Shown piece by piece: positions 1 through 13,945 of a stretch of 64,000 bases of DNA (within the stretch, counting starts at the first letter, position 1; the number at the start of each line of letters is the position of its first letter). The stretch comes from the human T2T-CHM13v2.0 reference genome, Homo sapiens. A model generated the notes under the pieces. It worked only from the letters and a program-made list of their open reading frames with translations, was not told the origin of the DNA and did no database searches. The translations under genes and the position numbers were made by a program. Location of the stretch: the NCBI RefSeq assembly GCF_009914755.1, contig NC_060930.1; one strand, given 5' to 3'.

Positions 1-325
1 GAATAGTTTACTTCCACTGATTTTCCATTAATACTAGAAACTGAAGTCTCTGCTATGATTCCACAAAGAGCACTAATCGTACTTGTCAGATCCAAATTTG
101 GCTGGTTATGTCCAAAGCAGTGGACAATAATTAGGAAAATGATTTTAGGGTACCCATTTATCCCTTTGTATTTATTTATCTATTTGATATTCTACCTAAT
201 TTTTAAGTGATTGAGGATGCTTATATAAAGACAATTACATTGTAACAAGATAAAAAATGAACAAGGAAATAAGAGCAAGGAAAAATAAAAATTGTACGAT
301 GACATGCAGTAGGGTTAGATACATA

Positions 326-1063
326 TGAAACGGGAGAGTTCCCTTATCCCCGTCACAGGACAGGAGGTGCGACAGGGCTGTGGCTCACTTGTTTTGTCGC
401 CCCACTGCTCAAACCCCAAGGGGAAGCATGCAGACGAAAAGGTGCAGAGGCCAGGGCAAGTGCTTTGGGTTCTGGCCTCATGGTAATGTCTAGGGGTAGG
501 TGCCTGCAACCCCAGTGTTACAAAACTCTTTCAGATCTTTCCACACTCACGGCATGAGTGTTAATTAACTCAATGGACCGTCTGCCTTATCGTAAGGGCA
601 GAGGGCCAGTGTGATAGCTTTCTGTATCCCAAGCTCTTGCCCGGTGTACGGGAAGAATCGGATCATACGTGGGCTCGAAGGATGAGGCAAGGTTTTATTG
701 AGGGGTGGAGGTGGCTCTCAGCGAGATGGATGGGGAGCTGGAAGGAGGAAACGGAGTGGGAAGGTGATCTTCCCCTGGAGTCCGACCGTTCTCTGCCGAC
801 ATTTAGAGGCCTCTTCCCTCTTTCTCTGCTTTCTGTTCCTCTGCTCCTCCGGATGTAGAGTTGCTTGCATGTTTGCCCGCTAAGGTCTCGGGTTTATATG
901 GGGGCAGTATAGGGCACATGGTGTGCCAAAACGCACCTTTTTGGGCACGAAAACAGAAATGCCTGTCCTCAATTAGGGCCGCGGGTCTTCAGGCTTCAGT
1001 AGGGCCTTTGCCAGGGCAGTGCCCTCTTCTACCCAGTATTTCCTTGCTCCCCCTCCCATATCA
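326..1063 (-). mobile_element. Solo ERV1 LTR, LTR1/LTR28-like (MER4 group)
   Basis: TG...CA termini; perfect 4-bp TSD CATA (322-325 / 1064-1067); minus-strand start TGATATGGGAGGGGGAGCAAGGAAATACTGGGTAGAAGAGGGC resembles the LTR1-type 5' end; GC/CpG-rich against the flanks. Confidence 0.85.
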
Positions 1064-1999
1064 CATAGATACAGATGATAATATAGATGATGGTAGATAT
1101 ATATAGTTATAGATATTGATTATAAATATCAAACTCTTACAGTTGCTAAAGATGGCCTACAAATTTGCCTGTAGGCTTAAATTTCTTCACAAAGGAAAAT
1201 TACATTTTCTGAAATCTTCAATTTTACAAAAACGATAATGATTAAACGTAAAAGTATTTAAACCATAATAATTTCTCATTTGTTTCTAATATTTCTCAGA
1301 TTTCTCTGTAGTTATCCCCTGAAAGTTCCTAGATTTTACATCTTCAGCTGAAAGATAGCAGTGGAAATTTAACTCCTCTTACCTGCCATCAACATTGATT
1401 TCCATGGTAAGTGTTATTTATGTTTGACATATATGTCAACTTTAATACATTCTTTTCTGTATTTTTCTCATATGCTCATCATGCATCCTCATTTCAGGTC
1501 GTTATTTTTACTTCTGAGAGGAAATCAAAAATTATACTAAATATATTTTTCATAGGAAAAAACCCTACCCATTTTGCATTATTAATAAGAACAGTAAGAG
1601 TAAGATTAAGCATTACTGCTAATGGGGTCAGGAGCCACTGGCTAAGCAGAATAGCACTACTACTTTTCTAGCTTTTATCTAAAGTACAAGCTGAATGCCT
1701 TTATCCACCCATTTAATCTCTTAAACTTTGAAATCTAATTCCTTCTTTTAAATCCTCTTTTCTTGTTTTGTTTGGTCTCCTAACCCTTGAAGTTCTCTTA
1801 GATAAGCCGTAAGTTCAGTTGAAATAATCCCTATTGATTCTTGTGTTTCTCAGAAAGCTTGTGAGCAGGAAAACAAACTCAGATCAAAAGCTGAAATAAA
1901 TGTCACTGAGCTAACAAAAACAATAAATGCATTTAATATTTAAGCTAACAGTAGATATTTGTAGCCGAAAGCATATCTTCAATAACAAATACCCAGTAG

Positions 2000-2200
2000 C
2001 ACTTAATAAATGCTCAGCTAACCCTTACACACCCCTATGTGGCAGGTGTTGTTATTATCCCTATTTTATAGATGAGGGAATTGAATAGATGCAGATTAAA
2101 TACTTGGTCCAAAGTCACACGGCTAGTGAGGGATGGAGCTGCAATTTAAACTCTATCTAGCGGTCTGCTCTAGTCTATACTCCGAACCTCTAAACTGCCT
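2000..2200 (-). mobile_element. MIR SINE
   Basis: Antisense MIR core ATTATCCCTATTTTATAGATGAGGGAATTGA...AAAGTCACACGGCTAGT. Confidence 0.8.
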
Positions 2201-3049
2201 CTTCTGAGAGGGAACTGATCATAGGCAGTCCTCCCTGTTCTATAAGCAGCTTCTCATGTAATTCTGATTATTCACTCTCCCACGGCTCACACCACTCTGT
2301 AGCAATTTAACATCACCAGACAAAGCATCATGCAAATTAATTGATTCTACCAATGTGTAAAATATTTAAAATATATAATATTTATATTCTTCATATGTGT
2401 AAAGAAAAACTAATAAAGTGAAATAGAACATGGAGTAGTTACACAGCTATTTAGCTACCAAATAGACATTTGTAAATTCCCAACTTAGTATTCTAATCAC
2501 CAGGTTTGTATAATTTTTCCATGTCCCCAAATCTTAGCAACTATCTGAAAATTGTGGACATTTTGAAAATCAAAATTTACCATAAGGTCTAATGAAATAT
2601 TGACTAAATATTCTAATACATCAAAATGTCAAATCACACATCGTAGTGTACTTGAGGAGAATACTATCTATTGTCTGGTGCCTGTATGATTAAGAGTCAA
2701 AAGATAAACAATTTGTATAACTAATACTTTAAAACTGTAATAATATAAAGAAATAATAGATTCAAATAAATAACAAATATAAAGTTGTTTGTGTTCTTTT
2801 GATTTTGGCTCCAGGGGCAAAGATCTTGAGTTTGCATTTCTAGATTCAGTACGATACAATAAACCTTTTCTAGCCATCTAATATTTTCAAAACTTTGAGC
2901 CAGATCTTGAAGAGGGGTAGAGCTGTGTGAACAGAACCCAATGTGTACGCTCATAAAATTTAAGATGTACTAGAAGGAGTAAAATATACTGTATGTACAA
3001 AATAACTATAACACAATGCAAACTGCTAAGAAAATATAAGAAAATGAAG

Positions 3050-4210
3050 TGTTATTAAACCTTATATAAAAGAAAAATTTGAGATTTGATATCATTCAAG
3101 GCTGAGTCCTGATAAATAGATTTTTACAAGAATTATAGAAATGGAAAGAAAGGAACTACTAATGGGAAGAGTATCATGAGCAAGGACAAAGTGGCAGGAA
3201 AGATCAGTGAAGGTTCTCTGGATGGCATCTGCTTAGTTTGGCTTCCGTGTGCAGTGGAAAAAGAAGTGTAGTAGGACTGCCATAGACACTTAGGATCAAA
3301 TGATGAGGAGCCTTGAATGTCAAGAAAGAACACAAGTAAAAGTCATAGAAGATTACAGAAACAGCGTGTGATATAGGGCATTTGATTTAAGAAATGTTCT
3401 CTCAGAGTAATGAGCAGAATTAACTGGGAAGGTTGAAGGCCAGAGGTGGGAAGACCAATTAGGAAGCTATTATAGTTGTCCAAACTATTGGAAATAGGGA
3501 TCTAGACCAGGTCAGTGACAATGTTAAAAAAAAAAAAAAAAAAAGAAATGAATGAGAGAGAAACTGCAGAAGAAAAGGAACTTTCTAGGTAATTTCTTAT
3601 ACTTGCTTTCTGAGGAAGAGAAGGGAAAATTAAAAATTAATTCTAAAATTTAATGTCCAATTGATTGTAAGAAATAGGAAGCTATTAACCCAGCAAAAGA
3701 TTATGGAGGGAAATGCTTGTGGGAAAAACAGGCTGGCTTGTGGACATGATTAATGCGAGGTGGTAGAGCAAAATCTGTGTAAAGGTACTCATCACACACT
3801 TATTGAGTATGAAACTCAAGGGAGAGATTAGGGGATTAATGTGTATTTGGGATTTCTCTGAATACAGATGATAGTTGAAATTGCACCAATAAGTGACTCG
3901 GCAAGAAAAGAGAAAAAAATGTAGAAAAGGAAACCAGACAAGAGATTCTTAGATATTATATTAAGAAATAAAAGTAGAGTTAGGAAGAAAATATCAAAAG
4001 GTTAACACAGAGCAATGACACAGAAGCCAAAAGAATAAATTTTCATAAAGAAGATAATGAAGTAGAAAAAGGGTGAGAAATGGGAATCAATTTGATTTTG
4101 TAACTAGGTGACTTTTATAGAGAAATGTCAGAAGAGTTATAAGGATAAAAGCTATGTTACCAGGCAGTCAACAGTGAGGAAAGGTAGATATGGAGTATAG
4201 ATTCATATGA
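3050..4210 (-). mobile_element. Degenerate L2 LINE fragment
   Basis: Purine-rich antisense L2 motifs, e.g. GGGAAGACCAATTAGGAAGCTATTATAGTTGTCCA; contains a poly(A) run at about 3526-3544. Confidence 0.6.
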
Positions 4211-4289
4211 GAAAAAGTAAAAAGTGAGTTACTGAGAGTTATTAAATGGCAAAATATACTGTTGTTAACATTTGTTATATGTTACTTTA

Positions 4290-4825
4290 TTTTAATAATA
4301 AAAGTTTTAGCATTCCAGCATGTGAACCCTCTCCTATGTTTATAATATGTCCCACAGTAGAAATCTTGCTGGACAACATTAAAAGCTGGAAAGACAAGGT
4401 TGTCCCTCTGGCCTACCCATAGGGCAAGAGTGCATGATTGGAGCTTGTCCATGTACGTACTTTTGCCCAAAATATTGATTGTGGAGTAAGTCACACAGAC
4501 AAGTAGGGAGAATGAACAATTTCTTTCAATAGCAGCACCAGCAACATCTTATTTCTAGAAGCAGCAGGACCCAGTGCCAGCAAGAGCAACCATTGTACAG
4601 CAGTGGTGATAATGGCATTTCTTGCGCCATTTCTAAAACATCATTTTGGTTGTATTGTTGGCTGTGCTGTCCACCTTGATTCTTTTCCACTTTTTGAGTC
4701 TGGTTTTCTAGCCTTCCAGAGAGTTTGGAGAGCTAGTCAATATCCTTTCAATACATGACTTACGTGGGTAAATCAGCTAGAATTGATTTTTTGTTTGTTT
4801 GTTTCTTATCCCTAAGAATAAGGCA
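4290..4825 (+). mobile_element. LTR33-like ERVL LTR
   Basis: CCAGCATGTGAACCCTCTCCTATGTTT near the start and TATCCTTTCAATA...AGCTAGAATTGATTT near the end, as in LTR33-type LTRs. Confidence 0.55.
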
Positions 4826-4925
4826 CACCCGTGTGATTGACCCATGTGTGATTGACACACAGATATGACAAAAGATGAAGGTAACTAGGAATTTTAGGTT
4901 TCTGACTTGAGAATAATTGAAATGT

Positions 4926-4968
4926 CTTACTCTCTTACCCAGCTATGCAGGCTGGGTAAGAAAGTAAG
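4926..4968. repeat. Inverted repeat (18-bp arms, 7-nt loop)
   Basis: CTTACTCTCTTACCCAGC-tatgcag-GCTGGGTAAGAAAGTAAG; 17/18 arm complementarity. Confidence 0.9.
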
Positions 4969-5696
4969 TCAAATGAGCGAAGAATTAATTTTATGTAATA
5001 ATTAAAGGCCAATAGAGATTTGAGAAATTAATGAGAATAAATAATAGATTCAGAAGAACAGAGTTTAAGAGGGATTACAGGAAAATTTAATAGTTCAATA
5101 TAGCTGAACTCAAAAGATAAAAGGGTTCCCAAGCTTTCTAGGAAACTATTTGGAATCAAGATGACTTTATTTGATCTTGTCACTAACTGTATACCCTTAA
5201 GGAGGGGTTTTTATACTCACAGGAAATAGAGTCCACATTTGAGTGTTATTTGGTGCCTCCCATCAAACTCCAGAGATCTCTCTGCCTCTTGATTCTAGTA
5301 TTAATACATCTCGTGTTTCTCCCTGGCTGACTTACTATCACTTGATTTCTATATATTCCTCTTAACTGTTTATACCCATATACCATATGGTTTAAAAATG
5401 AAAAATAAAAGCATACAATGAAAAACAATATTCAATTATCTCCAGTCTAGTCCTGTTCCCCAGAACCAAACCTCTCTATTTATGTTTTTCTTCTGAAATA
5501 GCAGGGTTAATTTAAAAAGTTGAAAATCCCGACCATGCATATTCAGTACAAAATGAATCATCATTGTTAATATTCTGGGAGTGGAAATCTCCAAAAATAT
5601 GTACAAGATAGAATTGCTATAGGGTTACATGACGCTAGAAACTTCAAACTTTAAGTCACTCCTAAAGCAGGATTCTTGGCTTGGGTTTGTTTTGTT

Positions 5697-5757
5697 TGTG
5701 TGTGTGTGTGTGTGTGTGCATGCGTGCATGCGCGCACGTGTGTGTGTGTGTGCATGT
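5697..5757. repeat. Compound (TG)n microsatellite, uninterrupted purine/pyrimidine alternation
   Basis: TGTG...TGCATGCGTGCATGCGCGCACGTGTG...GCATGT read directly. Confidence 0.95.
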
Positions 5758-6379
5758 CTTGTCTTCATTTGTTTTTGTTTGGTTTAGGAGTTTGTTGCCT
5801 AGACATGGAACTGAACCTCTGAGCTTAGAGAGTGGAGAGTGGAGATGGCTGTGTCTTGTACTCTTTTTCCGTAACCAAGGTGAAGCAAAAATAAAAGTCT
5901 ACAGTTATTCATATTTTATTTTCCCAGATACCTATATGTTTTTAATTATAAATGACTAGTCAGTTTTTAAAAAGCAGTTATTCATTCTCAAAAAAACCTT
6001 ATGAAAATTGTTTTGTTGCAATTTATGCAAATTAAGAGTTCATCTAAATATTCACTCAGAATTTTAAAATCACAAACCCAGCTGACTTCAACTATCTTAT
6101 AGATTATATAGAAATTTATTATTAAATATTTTTAAATGGAAAAATATATCTTAGGTTTAGGGTTAAAAATGTTATCTAGTTTATCCTCCCAACCAATGGA
6201 GAACAATGGAATATTTCTAATTCAGTGCATCTATCTACAGTGCCTCTTTTTAATTATTAGAGAGTTCTACATTATTTTTAGTCAATTTACTTTCTATTCA
6301 TGTTTTCTCTCTTTTCAAAGTTGTGCTGTCTGAAACAACATAGCTTAGGTATCCTTCACTCTGCAGAACCTTAAAATAT

Positions 6380-6680
6380 TGAATAAAACAATTATTTCTT
6401 CTAGCTAAATATTTATAGAAGCTTTAATTTCTTTTCAGTTGGAGCCCAAACCTGTTTGCCAGTGTCTCTTAAAATGTGTGTCCTGAATTGAACACAACAT
6501 TCCACATAGAAGCCTCATCAGTGCAAGCCTTTCACAAAATCAGAATGTTCCATTTCTAATAACATAGCATAAGAATTAGCTTTCTTTGACAAATGTGCTA
6601 ACATATTGACCTTGTGGTCTTCCAAAGTCCTAGGTGTTTTTCAAACATACTGTTCTCAAACTAGGTCTCCCTTTGTGCAT
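6380..6680 (-). mobile_element. L3/CR1 LINE fragment
   Basis: Minus strand of about 6475-6525 gives ALMRLL/VECCVQFRT across a frameshift, resembling the CR1 RT C-terminal motif ALVRPHLEYCVQFWAP. Confidence 0.65.
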
Positions 6681-7349
6681 ATCATTTCTTATGCATAAAC
6701 TCTTTACATAAAATTTAATGGAGAAAATAGTGTGTGTACTACATAGTTTTATTTAACAGTGTTTTTAGCCACCATTCATCAACTCATGCACAGAAAAATC
6801 CAACAAATAATTTCAAAGACCACAGAGTAAGTTATCAGCTTGCTATAGGCCTGACATAATGAAGCTGTCAACAATTTTTTACTCAAGTGAAATAAATAGC
6901 CCTAAATAATAATTATGTATTTATTTAGTGTTATTGTTCCTCAAGGCACTTTTCAATCATTGATTTACAGCTCATCATCCAATACAGGTAAAAAAAAGTT
7001 TTATTATGATAGGGCTTACCACATGTGAAAATATATTAGACTCAATTAAAAAAAATCTTGAAAATTCTTCTAGAAGGGATAGCTCCCCACTTGGCAGTAG
7101 GCATAGATAACTTTGCTTTTGTAACAGCTCCCCAGTCTGAGCTTTATTTACTTCCCATTTACGTCTTTTCATTCTAAATGCCTTACCAGTGACTTTCTAC
7201 CAGTATCATTCTTTGAATGGCCCTAATTTCTCTTCATGCTATCTTGATATTCTTTGAGGAAATATCTAAGGACAGTTATAGTGAATGCGAGTTGGGTATA
7301 GGGAAATGTGGGCTTCTTTGACTTATCTTCAAAAGAAGACAGAGGAAAC

Positions 7350-7580
7350 AAACCATTATTAAACATCCTCCAAGGGGCAGGCAGTAGGCTTAGATATTTC
7401 ATAGATATTATTTCTCTTCAGTCTTATAAGATCTTGTAAGGGACATATTACTTTTGCTTTATTAAAAAAAAAAACTGGTAGAACTTAGAATCAAAAAGTT
7501 TAAGCATTTGGCCCACTCCGAATGTGATTTAGCTGAGATTCAAACACGGGTTTTTCTGATTCTGTATCCATTCTCTTTCC
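7350..7580 (-). mobile_element. Degenerate MIR
   Basis: AGCTGAGATTCAAACACGGGTTTTTCTGATTC and overall antisense MIR layout. Confidence 0.55.
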
Positions 7581-10500
7581 TCTGAAAGAGCTAAGGTAAA
7601 AATCATTATGTTTGGTGCAGAAGCAGGAATTTCTTTAAGCATCAAAAAAGTGTGGCATATTCTTTTTGGGTCTCCAGCATAGTGGGGTTCTGCAGAGATT
7701 TAAGAACTCCAGTGTCCACATGCATTAGGTGTGAAGAATTTTAAATATGGATGTTGTTTTAAGGAACTTTCAGACAAAAAAAACAGATTTAATTATTACA
7801 TTAAATGTTCTTAGCTAAAGAGAAGTTGAAAAAACGTTCACAAATTCAGTTACACGGCCTACTAGTGAGAGTTTACAAATAATTAAAAGACTCCAGAGGA
7901 CTTCAGAGAATCCAGGTACACTGGAATAGCTGAGGGTTACTTGCATAAGTCATCTGCTTCATAACCACAACTAGCTTGAAAATGTCATGATCTCACTCCA
8001 CCTGTTCCCATCTACCTGTAGTTGCTCCAGTTTCAAATGAACCTGCTACCCATGCAATGTGTCTTTTCATCTTTTAACTGTTTGATTTTCTTTGCAAAGA
8101 TGAAGTAATAATGACATTTTGTGTCGTCTTTTGCTTTTCAGGGGTTCAAAAATAGCTCAGGTTGTTCTACGTGTCCATATCTTAAAGAAATGTCTAGCAT
8201 ACTTTTGCTGTCGATGGGTTCCCTTTTCACAGGTGGCTGGCTTGCTTACAATATGTAGTTTGATAGTCATTACAGTTAATTTACTTAGGAAATGAAGGCC
8301 TCACTCTGCAGCATAAGGGTATTTTATACTTAGCTGACAAGTCCAGAGCCCTTCTAATAGCGCAGGCATACTCAGACTGCCATGCCTGACCTTGCTCCTA
8401 CATCTCTTACTCAAAAGTGTAGGCAGTAGCCTCTGTGTAGGAACCCCTTCTCAACACACTATGATCAGCAGTCAAATTAACAGGTCTACTTACTCATAAC
8501 TGTAGTTGGAAACTTACCAGATGAGGAATGGAGATGACCAATTTAATCTTTGAAATGAAAATCAGAACACCAAATTCTGAGTCATTACCAAGAAAAGATG
8601 ATCATTTAATATGTGTTATTGTATATTTAACAATCCCAAAATCATACAGTTTGCATTCAAGGAGCACAAGAATATCCAACAGTTAGTAAGTACATGGTGA
8701 GAGTCAACTCAGTTGTTCTTTTACACTGCTCAATTTATAGTCCAATATATTTTGTTTCTGACATTACGCAGTATGTACAGTGTGTTGTGAGGACTGTTGA
8801 CAGTAGATAAAGAAATTGTCTAAACTTTATATTTGGAGGAATACCAAGGAAACCTCATGACTTGAAACAATGTTTCCACCCACATGCTGCAACACCTTTA
8901 GAATGTCATTAATTTGTGTGTTTCTTTTTCTTTGAAGTGTATTTCTATTCCCTGGATGGACCATGTGGTTCAAATATTCATGTGATATTAATATATTTTC
9001 AGATTGCCTTTCTTATAACAGGAGCAACCCAGAGTTAAGAATATTTTATAATATTAATATGAAAATAACTTTGCATAAAATTATTAAGTAAAAGATAAAT
9101 AGAAAATTTGTGTATATATAAATGTCTGTATCTATATATATACATATGACACAACTATTCGGGACAAAAATATACAGAAAAAGATAGGAAGGAAATACAA
9201 TACAGTGAAATCATTGTCACTAGGCATGTGAATTCATCTATTTATTTATTTTTTGTTTTATGTATATTTTTAAACTAAAATTTACTAACAGGAGGCTCTT
9301 GAAAAAAATCATTAGCATGCATTTAACATTGTTCAAAAAGTTAAAGAGCTGGCTCCTACTGCACTCTGTTCCTTCATCCTCTTATAAAGTGCCTGGCTGG
9401 CTCCCCTGCAGTTGTTAGCATTCAGGATGTCCTGCTACTTCAGTGCAATTTTCTCAAGACACGTTCCTCTGACCTTGGTTAGTTCTCAGTCTCCATAGAG
9501 TCATGTGAAAACTGCTCTACAACTTTCCCATGTCTATAGTACTTAGTTTCTATACATCATTATCCTTTCCCTAAAGGAGAATTAATTTTTCGTTGCATTT
9601 CTCCAGCATTTTTTTTTTCAATGGTGCCCTTCCCAAGGAAATGCATTTAAAGTATCTTTCCACAAACACTAATCCACTTCTCTGGAAGATATATTTTCAA
9701 TGGGATTTTGTATCCCTTATTTGGAAATTGTCCCTTAACACATTATGGCACTGCTCTTTTTCACAGGTTGAGGAGATATTAAAATTTCACATGAGCTTCT
9801 TTTCCACTTTGTTCCTTCAGCTTTTTATTTTTATTTTTCAAAAGGACATAGGTGTAGGTGCCTCTTATTAAAGGTATCACAGTGTAGACCAAATACAGTG
9901 TCATAGTGTCATACACTGGGTTGTTTCTCAAACCCAAACCAGTGAGCTACTTTGTTTCATCTATCTGCCTATGAATTGGAAAAAATAGTAATAAATTAAA
10001 AACAAAGTGAGGTCATATGATAGGATAGTAAGGCAAATCTCTACAAACCTCAATGCACAAATCAAAAAAAATCTGTTGAAGACTGAATGCCAGTAAAATC
10101 TCAGGATACCATGCCTTGTTAAAAAGTCATTGCTAGCCGCCAGTGTATTCACTTTAAATCAGGTGTTTAATTCAAGGAACTACTAGAGTTAGATTTAAAA
10201 GAAGAGTAAGAAAAATCAATGATTGGCTGTGATTTAAAAGAAGTCATACTGGGCATGGTTTAAGATTTGTCACATCTCTCCTGAAGGCTCATAAAGCAAC
10301 TGATGAGTAATATATTTAGCAATTTGCAGAAACCTTGAGGGTGTAAAAAGCCAAATGTAACTAGAAATCTTATTTTCAGGGAAAATATATATTTCATTCA
10401 AGATTTCATTAAAACAAGGGGAGCAAGGGTGAATTGTATTAAAGGAAGACTATGTGAATTTGAAAGCAGGCATTGTCATCGGGAGTTTAGGGTCAGCATC

Positions 10501-10942
10501 TCAATTTCTCATCTGATTTGTATTAGTCTTCTCAGATGTAGAAAGATTGTGAGGTTAGCTGGGGTTATGTCACACAGCTGCTCTGTTTTATTGAGAAGGC
10601 TGGTCCAGGGAAGCTGAGAGCTGCTTCAGGTCCTCCAGGCAATGTTGATCCACTAGTTTCACAACACATTATTGCCTTTCAAAGGTGAATGATGAATTTG
10701 CAAGTGGATTTAAGAAAGTTAAGAAAAAATAGAACAATTTCTCATTATGCTTTATTCTTATGTCTTTATCTGTTCATTAACCTGTCTCTGTAAGTATTAG
10801 GCATTATTCTTTTTTTCACTGACAGCAGGAACTATTGGCTGACTTTTAGAAATAAAACTACTTTCATTCCCATTTTAGTATAGTTTCTACATATAATTTC
10901 TTGTGATTAAAAATATTTTGATGAAATGACTTTAAACATTAA

Positions 10943-11269
<327 letters not shown>

Positions 11270-11513
11270 TAAATGAGAAGCCAAAATAATCATGTTGGAC
11301 TATGAAACAGGCTCTTGTTTTAAACGTAGATTCTGTATTACTCCCTCTTGATACAGGAAGGCTAACAAATGGCTAACAGAAAACAAATATGTTTTCAGAA
11401 TAGTTGAAAAGTTTGTTTTTTCTTTCCCATTTTAAAGGGGATATAGGCAGAATATTTATACTGTTTTCCCTTTTGTCAGATACAACGTTTCTAACCAATT
11501 CCAGCCAAGCTAG

Positions 11514-11892
<379 letters not shown>

Positions 11893-12003
11893 TTCACAGT
11901 TATTCTCTAGTTTGATGAGTTAGGAATCATGTAAATACTGCCTGAATTGATATGGTGTCTAGCTCATTTTCCTTTCTATACTTCCAAATAAAATTAATTT
12001 TAA

Positions 12004-12231
12004 AACAATGAGAACACGTGGACACAGGGCAGGGAACATCACACACAGGGGCCTGTTTAGGGATGGGGGGCTGGGGGAGGGGTAACTTTAGGAGAAATAC
12101 CTAATGTAAATGATGAGTTGATGGGGGCAGCAAACCAACATGGCACATGTGTACCTATGTAACAAACCTGCACGTTGTGCACATGTACCCTAGAACTTAA
12201 GGTATAATTAAAAATAAATAAATAAATAAAA
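12004..12231 (+). mobile_element. L1PA (PA7-like) 3' UTR, 5'-truncated
   Basis: AACAATGAGAACACGTGGACACAGG...GTACCCTAGAACTTAA plus A-rich tail; possible TSD AATTTTAAA (11996-12004 / 12232-12240). Confidence 0.9.
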
Positions 12232-12267
12232 AATTTTAAATGGATCACAGACATTCATGTGCTGACA

Positions 12268-12500
12268 CAGTCATATGCTGCATAATGTTTCAGTCAATGG
12301 ACCACAAAAATGACTGGTGGCCCCATAAAATTACAAAGAAGCTGAAAAAATCCTATAGCCTAATGACATCGTAACTGTCAAACACCACGTGTTCACGGTG
12401 ATGCTGGTGTAAACACACCATGCTGCCAGTCATCTAAAAGTATACCACATACAATTATGTTCACTACATAATACTTGATAATAAATTTTGTTACTAATAT
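12268..12500 (+). mobile_element. Tigger3 (Golem) b/c-type DNA transposon fragment
   Basis: TIR-like start CAGTCATATGCTGCATAA...GGTGGCCCCATAA...GCTGAAAAAATCCTAT...GGTGATGCTGGTGTAAAC. Confidence 0.75.
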
Positions 12501-13174
12501 AAAAAAATTAATGTTAAAAAGCAGGTGGTGTCTATTATGTATGCCTTCCCACTTCACTGAAATTGCCTCCTTGCGGAGGAGTAACATAAATTACTGAATA
12601 GTTCCTGGGTTACATAAGACCAAAAGGACCATTGGCCAGAAGGAACTTGAGAGATTTCATAGTCCTCATGGTCAAGACTGACCCAAAAAATGAGAAACTT
12701 TCATGAACATTTTGTATGCTTCCAAATTACAGAAAAGAATCAAGTTTTCTCCCACCAGTTGCATCTTCCACCAATCATAAAATCACACCATAAACACCCA
12801 TATCCATGGAAAGTAGGAAAAGATGAAGAGGGCACTATAAGGTGGGAAGGAAATTATTGCAATCAAGCTTGCACTCTATTTTTTCCTTATGTAGGGACGG
12901 GGGAGCAGACCCAGAAAGGAAAAAGAGAGGTGAATTGTCAAATTTCTTTATGGACATGCTAATGACAGGCCACAAGGCCAATACACTAGTGATATTTCCT
13001 AGAAAGACTCTATGGATAGATATTTCCTGTAGGATGTACCTGTCTAGGGTTGCTTGAGGAAAAGTAAATAAATAACAATCACAAAAATACCCAGAATCTA
13101 TAGATGAAGATAAATAATATGTAAGGTATAATAATGCACAAAAGAGAATTGTGTCACGACTGAAAGAGTCCACT

Positions 13175-13945
13175 TATAATTGTCAGACAGGTTCATCTTG
13201 ACCACTGCCCAAAAAAGCCAATGCATTGAGAATTGCAGAATTTTGCAGCAAAGAAAGAGTTTAATAACTGCAGGGCAAGTCAGGAGGGAGGATGAAAGTT
13301 AATTCTCAAATCTCGTTGCCAAAAACCTCAGAGGTTAGGGTTTTTCACAGATAGTTTGGTCAGCAGGGGCCTAGGAAATGGGGAATGCTGATTGGTTGGG
13401 CTGGGGATGAAATCATAAGAGGCCAAAGCTATCTTCTTGCACTGAGTCAGTACTTGGATGGGGATCATAGAACCAGTTGAATTAGTTTCTTGGTATGAGT
13501 CACAGGTCTAGGTGGAGTCAATCAGTCGCTAGACTGACTTTTGTGTTTCACTAGAACACAAAAGTCTAAAAAATATCTCAAAGACCAACCTTAGCTTTCG
13601 ACAATAGTTATGTTATCTATTGGAGCAACTGAGGAAGTTACAAAATCTTCTGACCTTTGGAGCAGTAAACAATTACAGAAAGGCAAGGTAAAGAATAATG
13701 ACTGGTTATCGTTTACACCTACACCTTAGCAGAAGTCAGGCCCTTCCCATAATCCTAGTCTTGTGGCCTTTCATGAGTCTTACAAAGGTGGTTTTAAGAT
13801 CCCTGAGAGGGTCAGTTTTGGGAAAAGACTGTGATCATCTTTGTTTTAAAGTTAACAAAGGTGGTTAGCTTGTGAGGTTAGAAGCAAGATGGAGTCAATT
13901 AGACTAGATTCTCTCACTGTCATAATTTTTACAAAAGTGGTTTCA
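13175..13945 (-). mobile_element. Solo LTR8-family ERV1 LTR
   Basis: Minus-strand start TGAAACCACTTTTGTAAAAATTATGACAGTGAGAG as in LTR8; near-TSD CACT/CTCT. Confidence 0.85.

Noticed and set aside
1424-1439. 16-bp perfect palindrome TTGACATATATGTCAA
   Set aside because: About one or more such palindromes are expected by chance in 64 kb of AT-rich DNA, and there is no supporting context.
2328-6035. Octamer ATGCAAAT motifs at about 2330 and 6025
   Set aside because: Expected by chance at this base composition; no correctly spaced SOX half-site.
8120-8295. Good + strand acceptor (TTTTGCTTTTCAG) followed by open frames; similar acceptor at about 33733
   Set aside because: No convincing matching donor and no recognisable peptide.
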